A DNA stretch of 64,000 nt from Candidatus Versatilivorator sp. (GCA_965207735.1 OZ242296.1:2848001-2912000); one strand, 5' to 3'. Shown: positions 37,723-48,115, counted from the first letter of the stretch. Notes: a model not told the origin generated them from the sequence alone. Numbers and translations are program-made.

Positions 37723-38544
37723 GTGGCGCTGGGAAAATACGACTGCAAGCCGACCCTCACCGACCGGCAGATGATGGATTTCTGCCGCAACGGATACCTG
37801 ATGCTGGAGGGGGTGGTCTCGGACGAGGTCAACCGCCGGACCGTCGAGTTCATGAAGGACCACGACGTGGAGGAGCCGGTCGAGATCCTGGAGGAAGAGT
37901 GGTTCGTGGATGCGGTCATCAAGAACCCGGAGGGCGCCGGCGCCGTTCGCTCCCTGCTGGGTCGGGATTTCCTTCTGCCCCTGGTCATGAGCAGCCACCG
38001 CATTCAATGCCCCGGCCCGGCCCAGCCCTGGCACCCGGACGCCGGCTCCATCTCGGCCCCGCGGCTGGACTACCTGCAGGTGTTCTACTACCCCAGCGGC
38101 GCCACCCGGGAGATGGGGCCCACCGAGCTGATTCCCGGGAGCCATCTCAGCCAGGCCCGCAACGCCTTCCTGGGGCGCCTGCGCAGCCTGAAGCCGGCGG
38201 TGTCCACGGCCTCGCCCCCCGGGTCCATCGTCATCACCGCCTACTCGATCGTGCACCGCCGCAGCCCGAGCACCGCCACCGGCGTTCGCGACAACCTGAA
38301 GTACAACTACTGGCGCACCACTCCACCCCAACGCGACTGGGTGGTGGACCCCAACTTCAACTTCTCGTGGCACAAGAACGTGCTGCCGCCCTTCAGCGTT
38401 TCCGCCGCCCGCATGTTCGCCTGGCTCTGCGGGGAGGACTGGGAGCACACGGGCGGCCAGGCCTGGCCCTGCTTCACGGCCGGCGTCTACGACTTCGACC
38501 AAGTCGGTCTGCCCAAGGGACTGCGCCGGAACCAAGAAGGATAG
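37723..38544 (+). CDS. Phytanoyl-CoA dioxygenase (PhyH) family protein
   Basis: F.RNGYL, WHPD (HxD), GPTELIPGSH, IVHR; GGAGG RBS before GTG. Confidence 0.85.
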   Translation: MALGKYDCKPTLTDRQMMDFCRNGYLMLEGVVSDEVNRRTVEFMKDHDVEEPVEILEEEWFVDAVIKNPEGAGAVRSLLGRDFLLPLVMSSHRIQCPGPAQPWHPDAGSISAPRLDYLQVFYYPSGATREMGPTELIPGSHLSQARNAFLGRLRSLKPAVSTASPPGSIVITAYSIVHRRSPSTATGVRDNLKYNYWRTTPPQRDWVVDPNFNFSWHKNVLPPFSVSAARMFAWLCGEDWEHTGGQAWPCFTAGVYDFDQVGLPKGLRRNQEG

Positions 38545-38688
38545 TTAACAGCACATTCGTCGTCCTGCTCCCGGTCGGCGGGACTTCTCTACCCCAACCT
38601 GCCGGAGGAGAACCGGCCACAGCGTCCGCTCCGGCAGGCCGCCAACCAGGGCCGTCCCTGCGGAGCCTCCCCGACCGACACCAGCACC

Positions 38689-39927
38689 ATGCCATCGGCC
38701 GACCACCATCCCGAAGACGAAGTCTCGCGCCGGCGCCGGCGGCTGGCTATCGCCGTCCTGATCATCTTCAACCTCACTTCCTATAACGGGGTCATGGGCG
38801 TTTTCAGTCCCCGACTCCGCGAATATTTCTCCCTCACCTATGAGCAGTGGGGAACCATGTCGGGCCTGGGCAGTCTGGGTCAAACGGTGTCCCTGTTGCT
38901 GGTGGGCTTCGTGATCGCCCGATTCGGGGTGCGGCGGATCACCGAACTGTCCCTGGGCGGCGTCGGCGCCTGCTTTCTGTTGATCGGCCAAGGCGCCAGC
39001 CTGCTCGCCCTGAAAGTCAGCCTGGCCTTTCAGGGATTTTTCGGGGGTTTTTCCAGGTCATCCCTCCCCGCCTACCTGGTGGCTCTCTATCCGTCACACA
39101 AACGGCGGATGATTTCGCTCCAGTTGACCTGCGGTTCCGTCATGGGCATCGTCATTCCGCTGTGGGCCAACCAGCTCTTGATCTGGTCTCGAGCGGGGGG
39201 GGACGAGGCATTGGCCAGGCTATTTTTCTCGCCATTCCTGGTCGCCGGGGGCGTGGTCCTGTGCGCCTGGGCCCTGCTGAGTTTCAGCAGGCAGCCGGAC
39301 TTCCAAAACGTTCAAACCCCCGGCGCACGCCTGCACCTTCGTCCGCTGCTGGGAATCCGTCCGTTGGCCGTCGTGCTGCTGGTGACCCTGCATGCCTCGG
39401 CCGACGGAGCCATGTACGAGTTCCTTCCCATGTTCATGGACCACCATTTCAAGGAGCTTCCGGTCGCTCCGGCCGTGGCTCTGGTGGGTCATAACGTGGC
39501 CTACCTCATCACCCGCTCCCTGCTCTCCCTGCTTCCGGAAGGCACGGGCCAGCGGGCCATACTGATTCTGTCCGGCCCCATCGGCGGGTCCCTCCTGCTG
39601 GTGATGCTGTGGCAGGGCAATGCCCTCAGCGTCCCCCTGATCTACACCCTGGCCAGCCTCTTCTATGCCGCCGAATTCCCGGTGCTTCTCAGCGAGATCT
39701 CCTCCCGCTCCATGGCCCACTTCGCCGCGGTCATGTCCGCGGGCTACCTGGTCAGCAACCCCGTCTCCTTTCTGCTGATGAAGGGAACGGGCCGCCTGGT
39801 GGACACCACCGGCGACTTCCGGGTAGCCCTGAGCGTAGCCGCCTGCGGCTTCATCCTCTTCGGTTTGGTGGCGGCGGTGGCGGGCTTGGGCAAACGTTCT
39901 ACTGCCGGCAAGGAGGCAGCAGCCTGA
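38689..39927 (+). CDS. MFS transporter
   Basis: About 12 TM helices, G.VIARFGVRR motif A. Confidence 0.8.
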   Translation: MPSADHHPEDEVSRRRRRLAIAVLIIFNLTSYNGVMGVFSPRLREYFSLTYEQWGTMSGLGSLGQTVSLLLVGFVIARFGVRRITELSLGGVGACFLLIGQGASLLALKVSLAFQGFFGGFSRSSLPAYLVALYPSHKRRMISLQLTCGSVMGIVIPLWANQLLIWSRAGGDEALARLFFSPFLVAGGVVLCAWALLSFSRQPDFQNVQTPGARLHLRPLLGIRPLAVVLLVTLHASADGAMYEFLPMFMDHHFKELPVAPAVALVGHNVAYLITRSLLSLLPEGTGQRAILILSGPIGGSLLLVMLWQGNALSVPLIYTLASLFYAAEFPVLLSEISSRSMAHFAAVMSAGYLVSNPVSFLLMKGTGRLVDTTGDFRVALSVAACGFILFGLVAAVAGLGKRSTAGKEAAA

Positions 39928-40033
39928 TTGGGGATGCCCCCAACGGCGGCGTCGTTACGGACTAAGAAGCGAACTGTGTTCCCTGCTAAAATATGGTCTG
40001 ATTCAGAACAACCATTCTCGTTTTGAAGGAACC

Positions 40034-40318
40034 ATGAACCCTCCACATTTCGAACCCCGACGAAGCTGGACAATCAAAGAGGCCAAGGCGCGTCTATGCG
40101 AAATTTTACGCCTCGCCGAAGAGGAGGGACCACAGCAAATCGGTAGGAGAAAACCCTTCGTCGTCGTGCCTGCCCCGGACTGGTACGCGAGGAGACCACC
40201 GCGCAAACCCATGGGAAAGTGGTTGGTGGACAACATGCCTCGCGGGGTGAACCTGGATGTCTCCGGGAAAAGGGAATCCGGGAGAGAAATTCCGTTCTCC
40301 GCAGCCAAACCAGCATGA
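40034..40318 (+). CDS. Phd/YefM-family antitoxin
   Basis: WTIKEAKARLCEILRLAEEEGPQQI..FVVVP. Confidence 0.8.
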   Translation: MNPPHFEPRRSWTIKEAKARLCEILRLAEEEGPQQIGRRKPFVVVPAPDWYARRPPRKPMGKWLVDNMPRGVNLDVSGKRESGREIPFSAAKPA

Positions 40319-40375
40319 ACGGGATCTACTCCTCGCCAACGTTATCTCAGAGTTGACAAGGCATCCGCCATGGTT
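40315..40375 (+). pseudogene. Truncated, frameshifted PIN/VapC toxin start
   Basis: ATGA overlap with antitoxin stop; MNG then shifted frame LLLANVISELTRHP resembles LLDTNVISEL. Confidence 0.55.
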
Positions 40376-40426
40376 AGCCGAACTGAAACGGCCATGCTGA
40401 GCGGCGCATGACCAATCCAGGACAAT

Positions 40427-40831
40427 TCACTCGACATCTTGGCCGGTGAGAACGTATTCGAATCGGTCACACTCCCGAGCCAAGGTCTCGATATAGAGCA
40501 CGAGCTCATCTTGGTCCAGTGTCGCAGCCGGAGCCTCAATTTGACCCACCAGCCTGTCGTCATTATCGAACCCAAAGGTAACCAGTGCCTTCGAGGCATT
40601 TCGACGCCACGCCCTGCGGGCGATCCGGCGCCTCTGGTGTTTGTTGCGGGAAACTTCAGAATTTGACAGCACTACCGCGCGGAAGATGTATCGCTCCTTA
40701 TCGCGTGATAACAACACGCTATGGTGGCGGGCACTCTTGTAAAGCGCGACGCGTAGCGTCTCGCCCTCTCGTTCCCACCGTAGGCCCGGCATTTTCGAGA
40801 GGTCGTCGATTCGTTGTTGCAGCGTCCTCAT
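40427..40831 (-). CDS. YbjN/T3SS-chaperone-like protein, gene 4 of putative defence operon
   Basis: AWRRN...VTFGFDNDDRLVGQI...LD.DEL..YI..LARECDRFE; ATGA overlap with helicase stop. Confidence 0.6.
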   Translation of the reverse strand: MRTLQQRIDDLSKMPGLRWEREGETLRVALYKSARHHSVLLSRDKERYIFRAVVLSNSEVSRNKHQRRRIARRAWRRNASKALVTFGFDNDDRLVGQIEAPAATLDQDELVLYIETLARECDRFEYVLTGQDVE

Positions 40832-43800
40832 GACCCTTCCCTCGCAGATTTGCCGTCAGAGGTCCTCTCAACCAGTCGAGCCGCCATTGTCCCGGCAGCG
40901 GTGACGGTTCTTGTCACGAGCGACTCGAGTTCCTCGAATTGCGTGCAGTGCGGATGAAACAGGATGTCACCTTCGATGTAGACGCGGTCGGTCCGGTCTG
41001 CTGTGTCTGGGCGGACACACACCTTGACCAGACCCAACTCGTGCTGAAGCTCGTACAACTCGTCAAGCCCGTCTTCGTCGCGTTCAATGTCTAGAGGACC
41101 AACTGCGCTGCTACAGTGCAGCAAGGTCGCGTCTCCGGCTGCCTGAGACCGCAACTGCAATTGAAACCGCTGTTCCACTCCTTTCTCATCTGTGTCGCGA
41201 TGGATCAGCTTCGCTCGGTTCACGCGCGCGTTGCCTTCCCGTACCAATGGATCGTCCGCAGGAAAATCACGAATGGCGTAACGCTCTTGGAGAGTTGACC
41301 ACAGTTCCTGAAAATGCGCGAAATCTGCCTTAAGATTGCGTTTCTCGACAGATTTCGCCCCAAGTGTTCCTTTGCGCCACTGAGATAAAACTGGAAAGGC
41401 AGACTCCAGTTCGCCTTCGGGCACCGGGATTGAGTCGAGGTCTTCGAGCATTTCCCGGGCTGCATCGATTCGGCTGCCGAGCGCCTCCGAATCGCCCTTT
41501 TTTCGATGAATTAACTGCAAAAACCTGTTGAGACGGTGCAGTACCCTGCGAACTTGCAGAACCTCGACCGTATCTTGGAGGTGAGGATAGTAGACCTGGA
41601 GAAACTCACCGGCACCTGGAGTGCCGTCGGTTCCGTCCAGACGTCTTTGAACCAGCGAGCCGATGCGGTCAATGCGACCTGTGCGCTGTTCCATGGCCGA
41701 CGGCGTCCAAGTGATGCCGTAGTGAATAATATGCCGACAGAACGTGTGGAGGTCTTCACCCTCCTGAAGGACGTCAGTCGTTACCAGGGCGAGCGGGAAG
41801 CCAGGCATTCGAAACTGAGACACGAGCCGCTTGCTGACTCCCCCGGTCATCCTCCCGACCGGCACTTGCCGTTGGAGCGTAGCACCGAACCGACCGGCAA
41901 GTTGGTCCAGGTCTCCGGTGGGTATGTCTGGGAAGTTGACACCGACCAGCAGGTCGAACCACTTCGCGGCCTGGGAAAGCTCGTAAAATGCGTGAAAACC
42001 AGTCTGCTTGGACTGACGATACAGGAGTTCGACGAACGATCGTGCCAGATTTGGCACTGGAGCGCCCGAGTCGAATTCCTGGCGCAGAGTGAATGCGCCA
42101 AGCTGTTTGATGGCCAACAGATAGAGGTCGATATACGTAGCACCGAGGCGAGCCATTGCGCTCAGCAACTCACGGCGTTGTTCTCGCCTCCGGAACCGTT
42201 GGCGGAAGTTGTCGACAGAATCCTCGGGCCAAACCTGCTCTCTGAGGGTCTGACATTTTGCGAGTTCAGTGAAAAAACTCGTGAAGCCGATTGCTTGCTC
42301 GGGATCCGGAAAGCCTTCCGGCGGTTCAAGCGTCCCTCTGTGTGGATCGGGAAATCTTTCGTGTAGAACGACACGCGCTCGATCGCCTAGAGTTCCCCCA
42401 GCCTTCACGATCAACTCCAGGGCTGCTTGCTGGTACGCGAGAAACACCTGACGCCGGGGATAGCCCTTCGCTCTATGCGTGAGACGCTTGAAGTGCCAGT
42501 AGGCGCAAGTCTTGAGGGTGTCGACAAGTTCGGGAATCGACATTTTGGAGATGCGAGCGATTCTGTCGAGCGGATCCTCTGGCCTGCCCAATAACCAACT
42601 GACATAGTCGTCCTCGAAGAAGGTGGCGTAGACCGAGCTGTGACTTGACAAACGATTCTTCTGAAACGCCGCACCCGATAAAATTCCCTGGGGACCCCTG
42701 CCTCGAAAAAACCACGAGAAGAACGTTTCCGTGCTCCCCTCGTCATCGTCGCCAATACCGCTACGTTCTTCGGGGAGCTCATCCGGGTGATCTTCCTTTT
42801 CATCTAAGGGGAGCACCTCAACTTGTTGCTCTGGTCGCATCGCCCTTTCGCGCTTGTACTGGTTGAACAGCCTTTCGATTTCGTTAGATAACTCCGGGAG
42901 GAATGTCTCCATGCGATTCCGTAGCCAGCGGTCGAAGTGTGCGTCCAACTTTGCTGCCAACTCATCAACTGTCCTGACACGACGTACAAAAACCAGAACC
43001 TTGTCGCCACTGTCAAACATGTGGGCAAATGAGTTGGCAGTACTGTCGAGCTTCGGGTGAGGGAGTGTCGCATGGAATCTGGAACGATGGGACTCAACCA
43101 TTGCCGCAATGGCATCAGTGTCGACTCCAAGACGTTCTTCCACCGTGTCTCCCTGGCTACCGTCGAAGCTCGACGTCGGACCATCTTCGTGCTCGCCTGC
43201 CACCTGTTCTAACCGCCTGGAGCTCCGATTGCGCGTCCCGACCGTTTCCAGAAAACTCTCAAACGAGGACAGCATTCCGATCTGAAAATTGTTCTGGAAC
43301 TTTTCATCCCCGAGGACTTCCGCAACCTTTTTCTGCATCAGGCCAACGACCAGTCGCTGCTTGGGGTCGTCGATCCGTATGGGCAGGTCGTGATTCCGAT
43401 AGCCACCTTGACGCCATTCCCGTCGATACATGTTCTTCGTGTAGCGTCGTCCTGCGATCCTGAGGCTCCCCACACGCCGAACCATGAGTCGACCAACGAT
43501 GTCACGCTTCTCGTCCTCCGAGACATCGGAGTTGAGCAGGAGATCGACGCTGACCGGATCTGCGCCATTTGCGTCCCACAACCTAGTTTTGCCAAAGCCG
43601 AACACCTCGAGCTGGCGTTGTATTGCCGCGTAATCATCCTCGAAGGGGGTCGCCGAGAGGAGCAATACGCGCGCGGGCTTGTGTCGGTACCACGGATGTT
43701 CGTCGGCATGGCCATCTGGATGTCCAAACGCAAGGCCCATGACTCGGTTACGAGTACTGACGTTAGGACCGAATCCATGCTTGAGGTTGTGCCCTTCATC

Positions 43801-44415
43801 AATCACCAGCAGGTCAATCGGAGGCACGGCAGCGTTGATGGCGCATCCGTAGGCATCGCGGAATGCTTCCGGCGTCTCCGCCGATAGAACTTGCCGAGGC
43901 AGCCACCTGACACGTTCCAATAGGCGCCTTCGTAGTCGACTTCGGCGTTCCGGAACCTTGACGGCGAGGCTGAAGCTCGTCATGCGAAGGAAGAAGTCGC
44001 GGTCGGCGTTGAGTAGAGTTTCGCCTGCAAAGTCGAGCAGGCTGTTGCAGTACACTGGCTCCCAGGCTGGTTTACCCTGGAGAGACTTGACACGGTTACC
44101 GGTCAGTCTCCAGTTGAGCCGAACGAAGTTCTTGAGCTCCTTGATCCACTTCCGCTGAATATTCTCGCGCGGGGCGACGACGGCGATACGCGCGTGTGGA
44201 TTGAAATATCGTGTCAACCCCATGACGCCGAGCGCAACGTAGGTCTTGCCCATGCCGACTTCGTCAGCCAAGTAGGCGCACCGGTTTTGCTGCAGCATGT
44301 TGAAGAGCGCGACCGTTCCTTCAAGTTGCTGCTCGGCGAAGCCAAACCCCTTTGCGAGCACGGTCGGGGCGAAGTCGATGAGCTCTTGAACAAACGAGGG
44401 CGTGACGGTGTTCAT
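40828..44415 (-). CDS. SF2 (SNF2-like) helicase, gene 3 of putative defence operon
   Basis: LADEVGMGKT, IDEGHN, LLSATP, TDVLQEGEDLH, QRTGRIDR. Confidence 0.9.
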   Translation of the reverse strand: MNTVTPSFVQELIDFAPTVLAKGFGFAEQQLEGTVALFNMLQQNRCAYLADEVGMGKTYVALGVMGLTRYFNPHARIAVVAPRENIQRKWIKELKNFVRLNWRLTGNRVKSLQGKPAWEPVYCNSLLDFAGETLLNADRDFFLRMTSFSLAVKVPERRSRLRRRLLERVRWLPRQVLSAETPEAFRDAYGCAINAAVPPIDLLVIDEGHNLKHGFGPNVSTRNRVMGLAFGHPDGHADEHPWYRHKPARVLLLSATPFEDDYAAIQRQLEVFGFGKTRLWDANGADPVSVDLLLNSDVSEDEKRDIVGRLMVRRVGSLRIAGRRYTKNMYRREWRQGGYRNHDLPIRIDDPKQRLVVGLMQKKVAEVLGDEKFQNNFQIGMLSSFESFLETVGTRNRSSRRLEQVAGEHEDGPTSSFDGSQGDTVEERLGVDTDAIAAMVESHRSRFHATLPHPKLDSTANSFAHMFDSGDKVLVFVRRVRTVDELAAKLDAHFDRWLRNRMETFLPELSNEIERLFNQYKRERAMRPEQQVEVLPLDEKEDHPDELPEERSGIGDDDEGSTETFFSWFFRGRGPQGILSGAAFQKNRLSSHSSVYATFFEDDYVSWLLGRPEDPLDRIARISKMSIPELVDTLKTCAYWHFKRLTHRAKGYPRRQVFLAYQQAALELIVKAGGTLGDRARVVLHERFPDPHRGTLEPPEGFPDPEQAIGFTSFFTELAKCQTLREQVWPEDSVDNFRQRFRRREQRRELLSAMARLGATYIDLYLLAIKQLGAFTLRQEFDSGAPVPNLARSFVELLYRQSKQTGFHAFYELSQAAKWFDLLVGVNFPDIPTGDLDQLAGRFGATLQRQVPVGRMTGGVSKRLVSQFRMPGFPLALVTTDVLQEGEDLHTFCRHIIHYGITWTPSAMEQRTGRIDRIGSLVQRRLDGTDGTPGAGEFLQVYYPHLQDTVEVLQVRRVLHRLNRFLQLIHRKKGDSEALGSRIDAAREMLEDLDSIPVPEGELESAFPVLSQWRKGTLGAKSVEKRNLKADFAHFQELWSTLQERYAIRDFPADDPLVREGNARVNRAKLIHRDTDEKGVEQRFQLQLRSQAAGDATLLHCSSAVGPLDIERDEDGLDELYELQHELGLVKVCVRPDTADRTDRVYIEGDILFHPHCTQFEELESLVTRTVTAAGTMAARLVERTSDGKSAREGS

Positions 44416-46490
44416 CGCCAGCTATCACCCTGAGCAACAGGCCGAAGGAAGACTTCTTCGTACCACTGCAGGAAGTCGTCGGCCTCCGGTTCGTGGAGTT
44501 TAAGCATGCTCCGTAGACGAGGGAGATGGCTTAGCTGCTCATCCAAGCGTTTGACATGTAACGCTCGACTCCCGAAAAATTTCTCGTGCCGACGCCCGAA
44601 CTTGTGCCTCAACTGCTTCGCGCACAACAGCGTTACGTACGCAAGAATCGGATCACTGTCTGGCTGTTTAAGCACGTTGGCGAGCAGATTGGGGAGAGAA
44701 TCGTACTTGGCACCGAGCAAGCGAGCTTCCGCCACGTTTTCGCGTCCGTTCCCAAGGGCTTCGTCAATGGACCGCTCGAAACAGCCAAAGCCGTGATAGA
44801 TGCCGGCGAAGCGGTCGAAGAGAGTATCTCGTGCACGTAATCTGTCGGTGCGGGAGACAGCCAAGCCTTCGACTTGATCGGGAATACGAGATTCCATGAA
44901 CTGTGCGCGCTGTGCCGGAGTGAGCAAGGACCAGTACTCTAGTATCTCCGCAGGAGTCAATTCCAGGAGGAGCGATGGACGATGTCCCATGTTCTCTTCC
45001 CTTATTAGGACACGCCCGGAATTAACGCCGTAGCGAACGACGAGAAAGCTCGTGGAACGCAGTAGGTTCTGCAGGCGGTCCGAGACATCTTTATCAAATG
45101 CGGTCCAGCGACAATTGACAGGATTGTTGATGGTCGCGAGCGCTTCCCCAGCAGTCGTCAGGACGGTGAATCCGTCAGGCGCATGGTCCTCGAGTCGGTA
45201 ACTGAACTCTTTTTTTCCCCAGTCGAATCGAAGGCTGAGGTTCAGCCCAACAGCATCGCAACCGTCTTCGTTTGTTGGCGTGTTAGGAACAAATCGATCA
45301 GCGTCTCGGTCCAGAGGGTCCAACCACCAATGACGGGCGTACCGAGCTTGGCTGAAATCGACAAGAAACGCCGCCTCCAGGTTTCCCGCACCGCCGTGGG
45401 AATGACCGGCTCTTGTGAGATTCGGTGAACCGACCAACAAGAGATCCGGACCGCCCCGCTTCCAGAATCGATATACCTTGGCGTGAACTCGTCGCGAAAC
45501 GAGGCGCTCGCTTAGACGGTCGCGCCCTCTGCTGACCACCTCCCCCGGGAACCGTGCCCACTGGGTGGAATCAAGATCCCTGATCGCTTCGTAAGTGTCC
45601 CGTGTGACGAGAGATGTGCCGTCGGAATCCGTTGGATGAAAAATCCGTATCTCTTTCGGTCGAACGGCGCCGATGAGCTCTCGCAGGGGACCCTCACCTT
45701 GCGAATCGAAAAATGGCGAGATGACCTCAAGGTTCAAGTCGTGCTTATCGAGAGAGAACTGCCGTAGCCACGTAGAGAGCGACTCGCGGCTCTGTCCCGC
45801 AAAAATCCGCGTGTGATAGCTGTTATCCGAGTGTCTCCGCGCAACGTGACCGCGTTGCGTTCTCTGGAGAAGAAAATTCCTGATTGCCTCTAACGCGGAC
45901 TGGTCGTCTGTATCGCTGGCCGAAAGTCGAATTCTTCGAATAATTGAAAGCAAGTCAGATCGAAATGATTGTCGCTTTCCATCGACAGCACGATCCTTGA
46001 TCTCCTCAATATGGGCACACTCGACGTTTTCCCACCAGCCAGCCCGGGTCAGGTTAGCCGAAAGAATGCCGACGATCAGCGCCATATGGGTAGACGCCGG
46101 CTCTCCTCCGTTACGACCAATGGCATTGTCATCGCTGTTCCGTTCCTGAACGAGGAGCAAAATCACCTTTGGATGGAAATAGCCGGTTCTTCGACTGACG
46201 TCCAGGCGACGGTAGTCCAATTGCGCCGGTTCGCCGTCCTGAGCGAGCGCCCGCCGGTCGTAGTACACGGCCAAATGATCGATCGTGCCAAGGGCATCCT
46301 CGAGCTGCAAACGCCGCACCTTCTCGGGCTGGCTGAAGGGACGGTCGAACAAAACCGGCAGGATATGGAGTTCAAAAAAGCCTGGGTCGAAGCTAAAGGT
46401 CGTGAAGACGGCGGTCTTCACCTGCCGCCCATCAATGGCATCGGCCACCTGCTCGGTAAGCACTTCGAGGGGAATGAGATGCGAGGACAT
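44412..46490 (-). CDS. Phospholipase D-superfamily nuclease, gene 2 of putative defence operon
   Basis: TTFSFDP, FHPKV..SANLT, VHAKVY..GSPNLT..NLEA (two HxK motifs). Confidence 0.82.
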   Translation of the reverse strand: MSSHLIPLEVLTEQVADAIDGRQVKTAVFTTFSFDPGFFELHILPVLFDRPFSQPEKVRRLQLEDALGTIDHLAVYYDRRALAQDGEPAQLDYRRLDVSRRTGYFHPKVILLLVQERNSDDNAIGRNGGEPASTHMALIVGILSANLTRAGWWENVECAHIEEIKDRAVDGKRQSFRSDLLSIIRRIRLSASDTDDQSALEAIRNFLLQRTQRGHVARRHSDNSYHTRIFAGQSRESLSTWLRQFSLDKHDLNLEVISPFFDSQGEGPLRELIGAVRPKEIRIFHPTDSDGTSLVTRDTYEAIRDLDSTQWARFPGEVVSRGRDRLSERLVSRRVHAKVYRFWKRGGPDLLLVGSPNLTRAGHSHGGAGNLEAAFLVDFSQARYARHWWLDPLDRDADRFVPNTPTNEDGCDAVGLNLSLRFDWGKKEFSYRLEDHAPDGFTVLTTAGEALATINNPVNCRWTAFDKDVSDRLQNLLRSTSFLVVRYGVNSGRVLIREENMGHRPSLLLELTPAEILEYWSLLTPAQRAQFMESRIPDQVEGLAVSRTDRLRARDTLFDRFAGIYHGFGCFERSIDEALGNGRENVAEARLLGAKYDSLPNLLANVLKQPDSDPILAYVTLLCAKQLRHKFGRRHEKFFGSRALHVKRLDEQLSHLPRLRSMLKLHEPEADDFLQWYEEVFLRPVAQGDSWR

Positions 46491-46493
46491 GGG

Positions 46494-47771
46494 TTAGTGC
46501 TGCAACTGCCGAGTGACGCTCTTGAGAGCGTCCACGAAATAGCTGTTCATCCAAAGCTCGGGTAGTTCGTGCTTTGGGGGTAGGGGCTGTTCAGCACCGC
46601 GATATCTCACGTCAAGTCGCGTACCGTCGCCGATGCGCGCCCAGGGAGCCCCACCACGGGTTTGCATCACCTGCTCGTTCCATGCCAGAAGTCCCTGGAT
46701 AGCCGCCTCATAGTCTCCTCTCTGCAAGGCTGCGTGGACCTCATTCATTCGGGAATCAACGGATACGGAGGAGGTTGATCGAATCTCGGCAAGCATTTCT
46801 GCAAAGGCCGAGGGTTCAAGATTTGGGACACGTGCACCCCAGACTTGGCGCACCTCGGAGGCGACGTCTGAGAGGCGCTGACCATCACGAGTCAGCACGT
46901 GCTGGAAGAGCGCGGCGGCTGGTGCAAGAAGAGCTTCGAGGTGGGCGATCCGCTCAAGAGAGTTTGCAAGCCCTGGGTCCGATCGTCTTGCTCGTTTGGA
47001 GAGATGGACTATCTCGGCGCGTCCCGTGGGTTCGTTCAGCTTAGATTCCGACTCCAATAGGCGCCGGAACCTTTCCTGTCGCCCTGATTTTGCACCGTCG
47101 ACCTCTTTCCCGTCTCGCAGGTAGGAGCCGTAGAATTCGAATTCAATGGAGCTGAATCTCGGGTCCAAAACCTCGGACAGCGCGGAGAAGAGGGCGTTGC
47201 TTTCGTGGGTTCGAAGTTTGCCCCCTCGGGCAAGCAGTTTTCGCAGTTTGGCCGCCGAGCCGTTCAGTCTACTGATGTAGTTGTGCTCAATGAACTCTCG
47301 GGCAACCGGGGCTACATCACGAGTGGCATCCGGGAGCAAGCCAGAGGTGCGGGCAGGAACCGAATACAAGCCCCAGAGCCCATAGACTTTCTGGTCGGCC
47401 AGGATCATGCTTCGCCGGTCAGCGGAAATACTCACATAACCAGCTTGCTCATGGACAAAGCGCTTTACACGCTCGATGCCACGGATTTCCCCTTCAACTG
47501 CATGGCCGACGTACCGCACATAGGCACCAATCTGTTCCATCCGTAGGAAGATGTCGAGCGCATCTTCCGGAGCAGCCAAGCCTCCTTCTACGAGATCAGC
47601 CGCAAAATAGCGGCCGAGCAGGAGAGTCGTGAAACCTCGAACGGAAGTACTTTGAGTGGTAAGGTTGGTGACAATGTGGCGGCCAAACGCGGTCCAAATG
47701 GGTTGGACACCTAACGGATCGCGCGATCCGCTAATCTTGGCATTGGGGTCTTCCAGAGTGAGGAAAGGCAC
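46494..47771 (-). CDS. Conserved hypothetical DPLG-motif protein, gene 1 of putative defence operon
   Basis: GTG start PFLT..; GSRDPLGVQPIW..NLTT; YGLWGLY; 3 bp gap to PLD gene. Confidence 0.75.
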   Translation of the reverse strand: MPFLTLEDPNAKISGSRDPLGVQPIWTAFGRHIVTNLTTQSTSVRGFTTLLLGRYFAADLVEGGLAAPEDALDIFLRMEQIGAYVRYVGHAVEGEIRGIERVKRFVHEQAGYVSISADRRSMILADQKVYGLWGLYSVPARTSGLLPDATRDVAPVAREFIEHNYISRLNGSAAKLRKLLARGGKLRTHESNALFSALSEVLDPRFSSIEFEFYGSYLRDGKEVDGAKSGRQERFRRLLESESKLNEPTGRAEIVHLSKRARRSDPGLANSLERIAHLEALLAPAAALFQHVLTRDGQRLSDVASEVRQVWGARVPNLEPSAFAEMLAEIRSTSSVSVDSRMNEVHAALQRGDYEAAIQGLLAWNEQVMQTRGGAPWARIGDGTRLDVRYRGAEQPLPPKHELPELWMNSYFVDALKSVTRQLQH

Positions 47772-47814
47772 GGCGTGAAGAAAGTTATAGAGAATCGAGG
47801 TTGTTGTCAACGCC

Positions 47815-48010
47815 ACTGGGATTGAGCTTGGCGCGTGTACGGGCCTCAATCGGAGAGCGAGAGATCTCGAATTCGGGACCAAGTCGCTGGTAGGCTTTGC
47901 GGTATTCTGGATCCTCGCTCCATTTCTCGTGCAGATCGGCCACCTTGCTCATTTCGTTACCTCTCCGGCGCGCCTCAGCGCCAGTTCAATTTCTCGGCGG
48001 GGCGCAGCCT
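47815..48010 (-). pseudogene. HigBA-like toxin-antitoxin remnant
   Basis: Toxin tail PRREIELALRRAGEVTK overlapping ATG 47952 of MSKVADLHEKWSEDPEYRKAYQRLGPEFEISRSPIEARTRAKL, truncated before the HTH. Confidence 0.65.
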
Positions 48011-48086
48011 GCCGGCAACTGCTGTGCACGTTTGGCGAGGCATCGGCTTTCCTCCGACTATCTGTCGCGACCCCGAACCAAAGCGC

Positions 48087-48115
48087 AGTTTTTCCTGTAA
48101 TTCAACAACGTCCCC
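48087..48115. mobile_element. Solo transposon-type terminal repeat
   Basis: AGTTTTTCCTGTAATTCAACAACGTCCCC matches 26/29 to the MITE right IR at 57759-57787; both followed by TAT. Confidence 0.55.
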
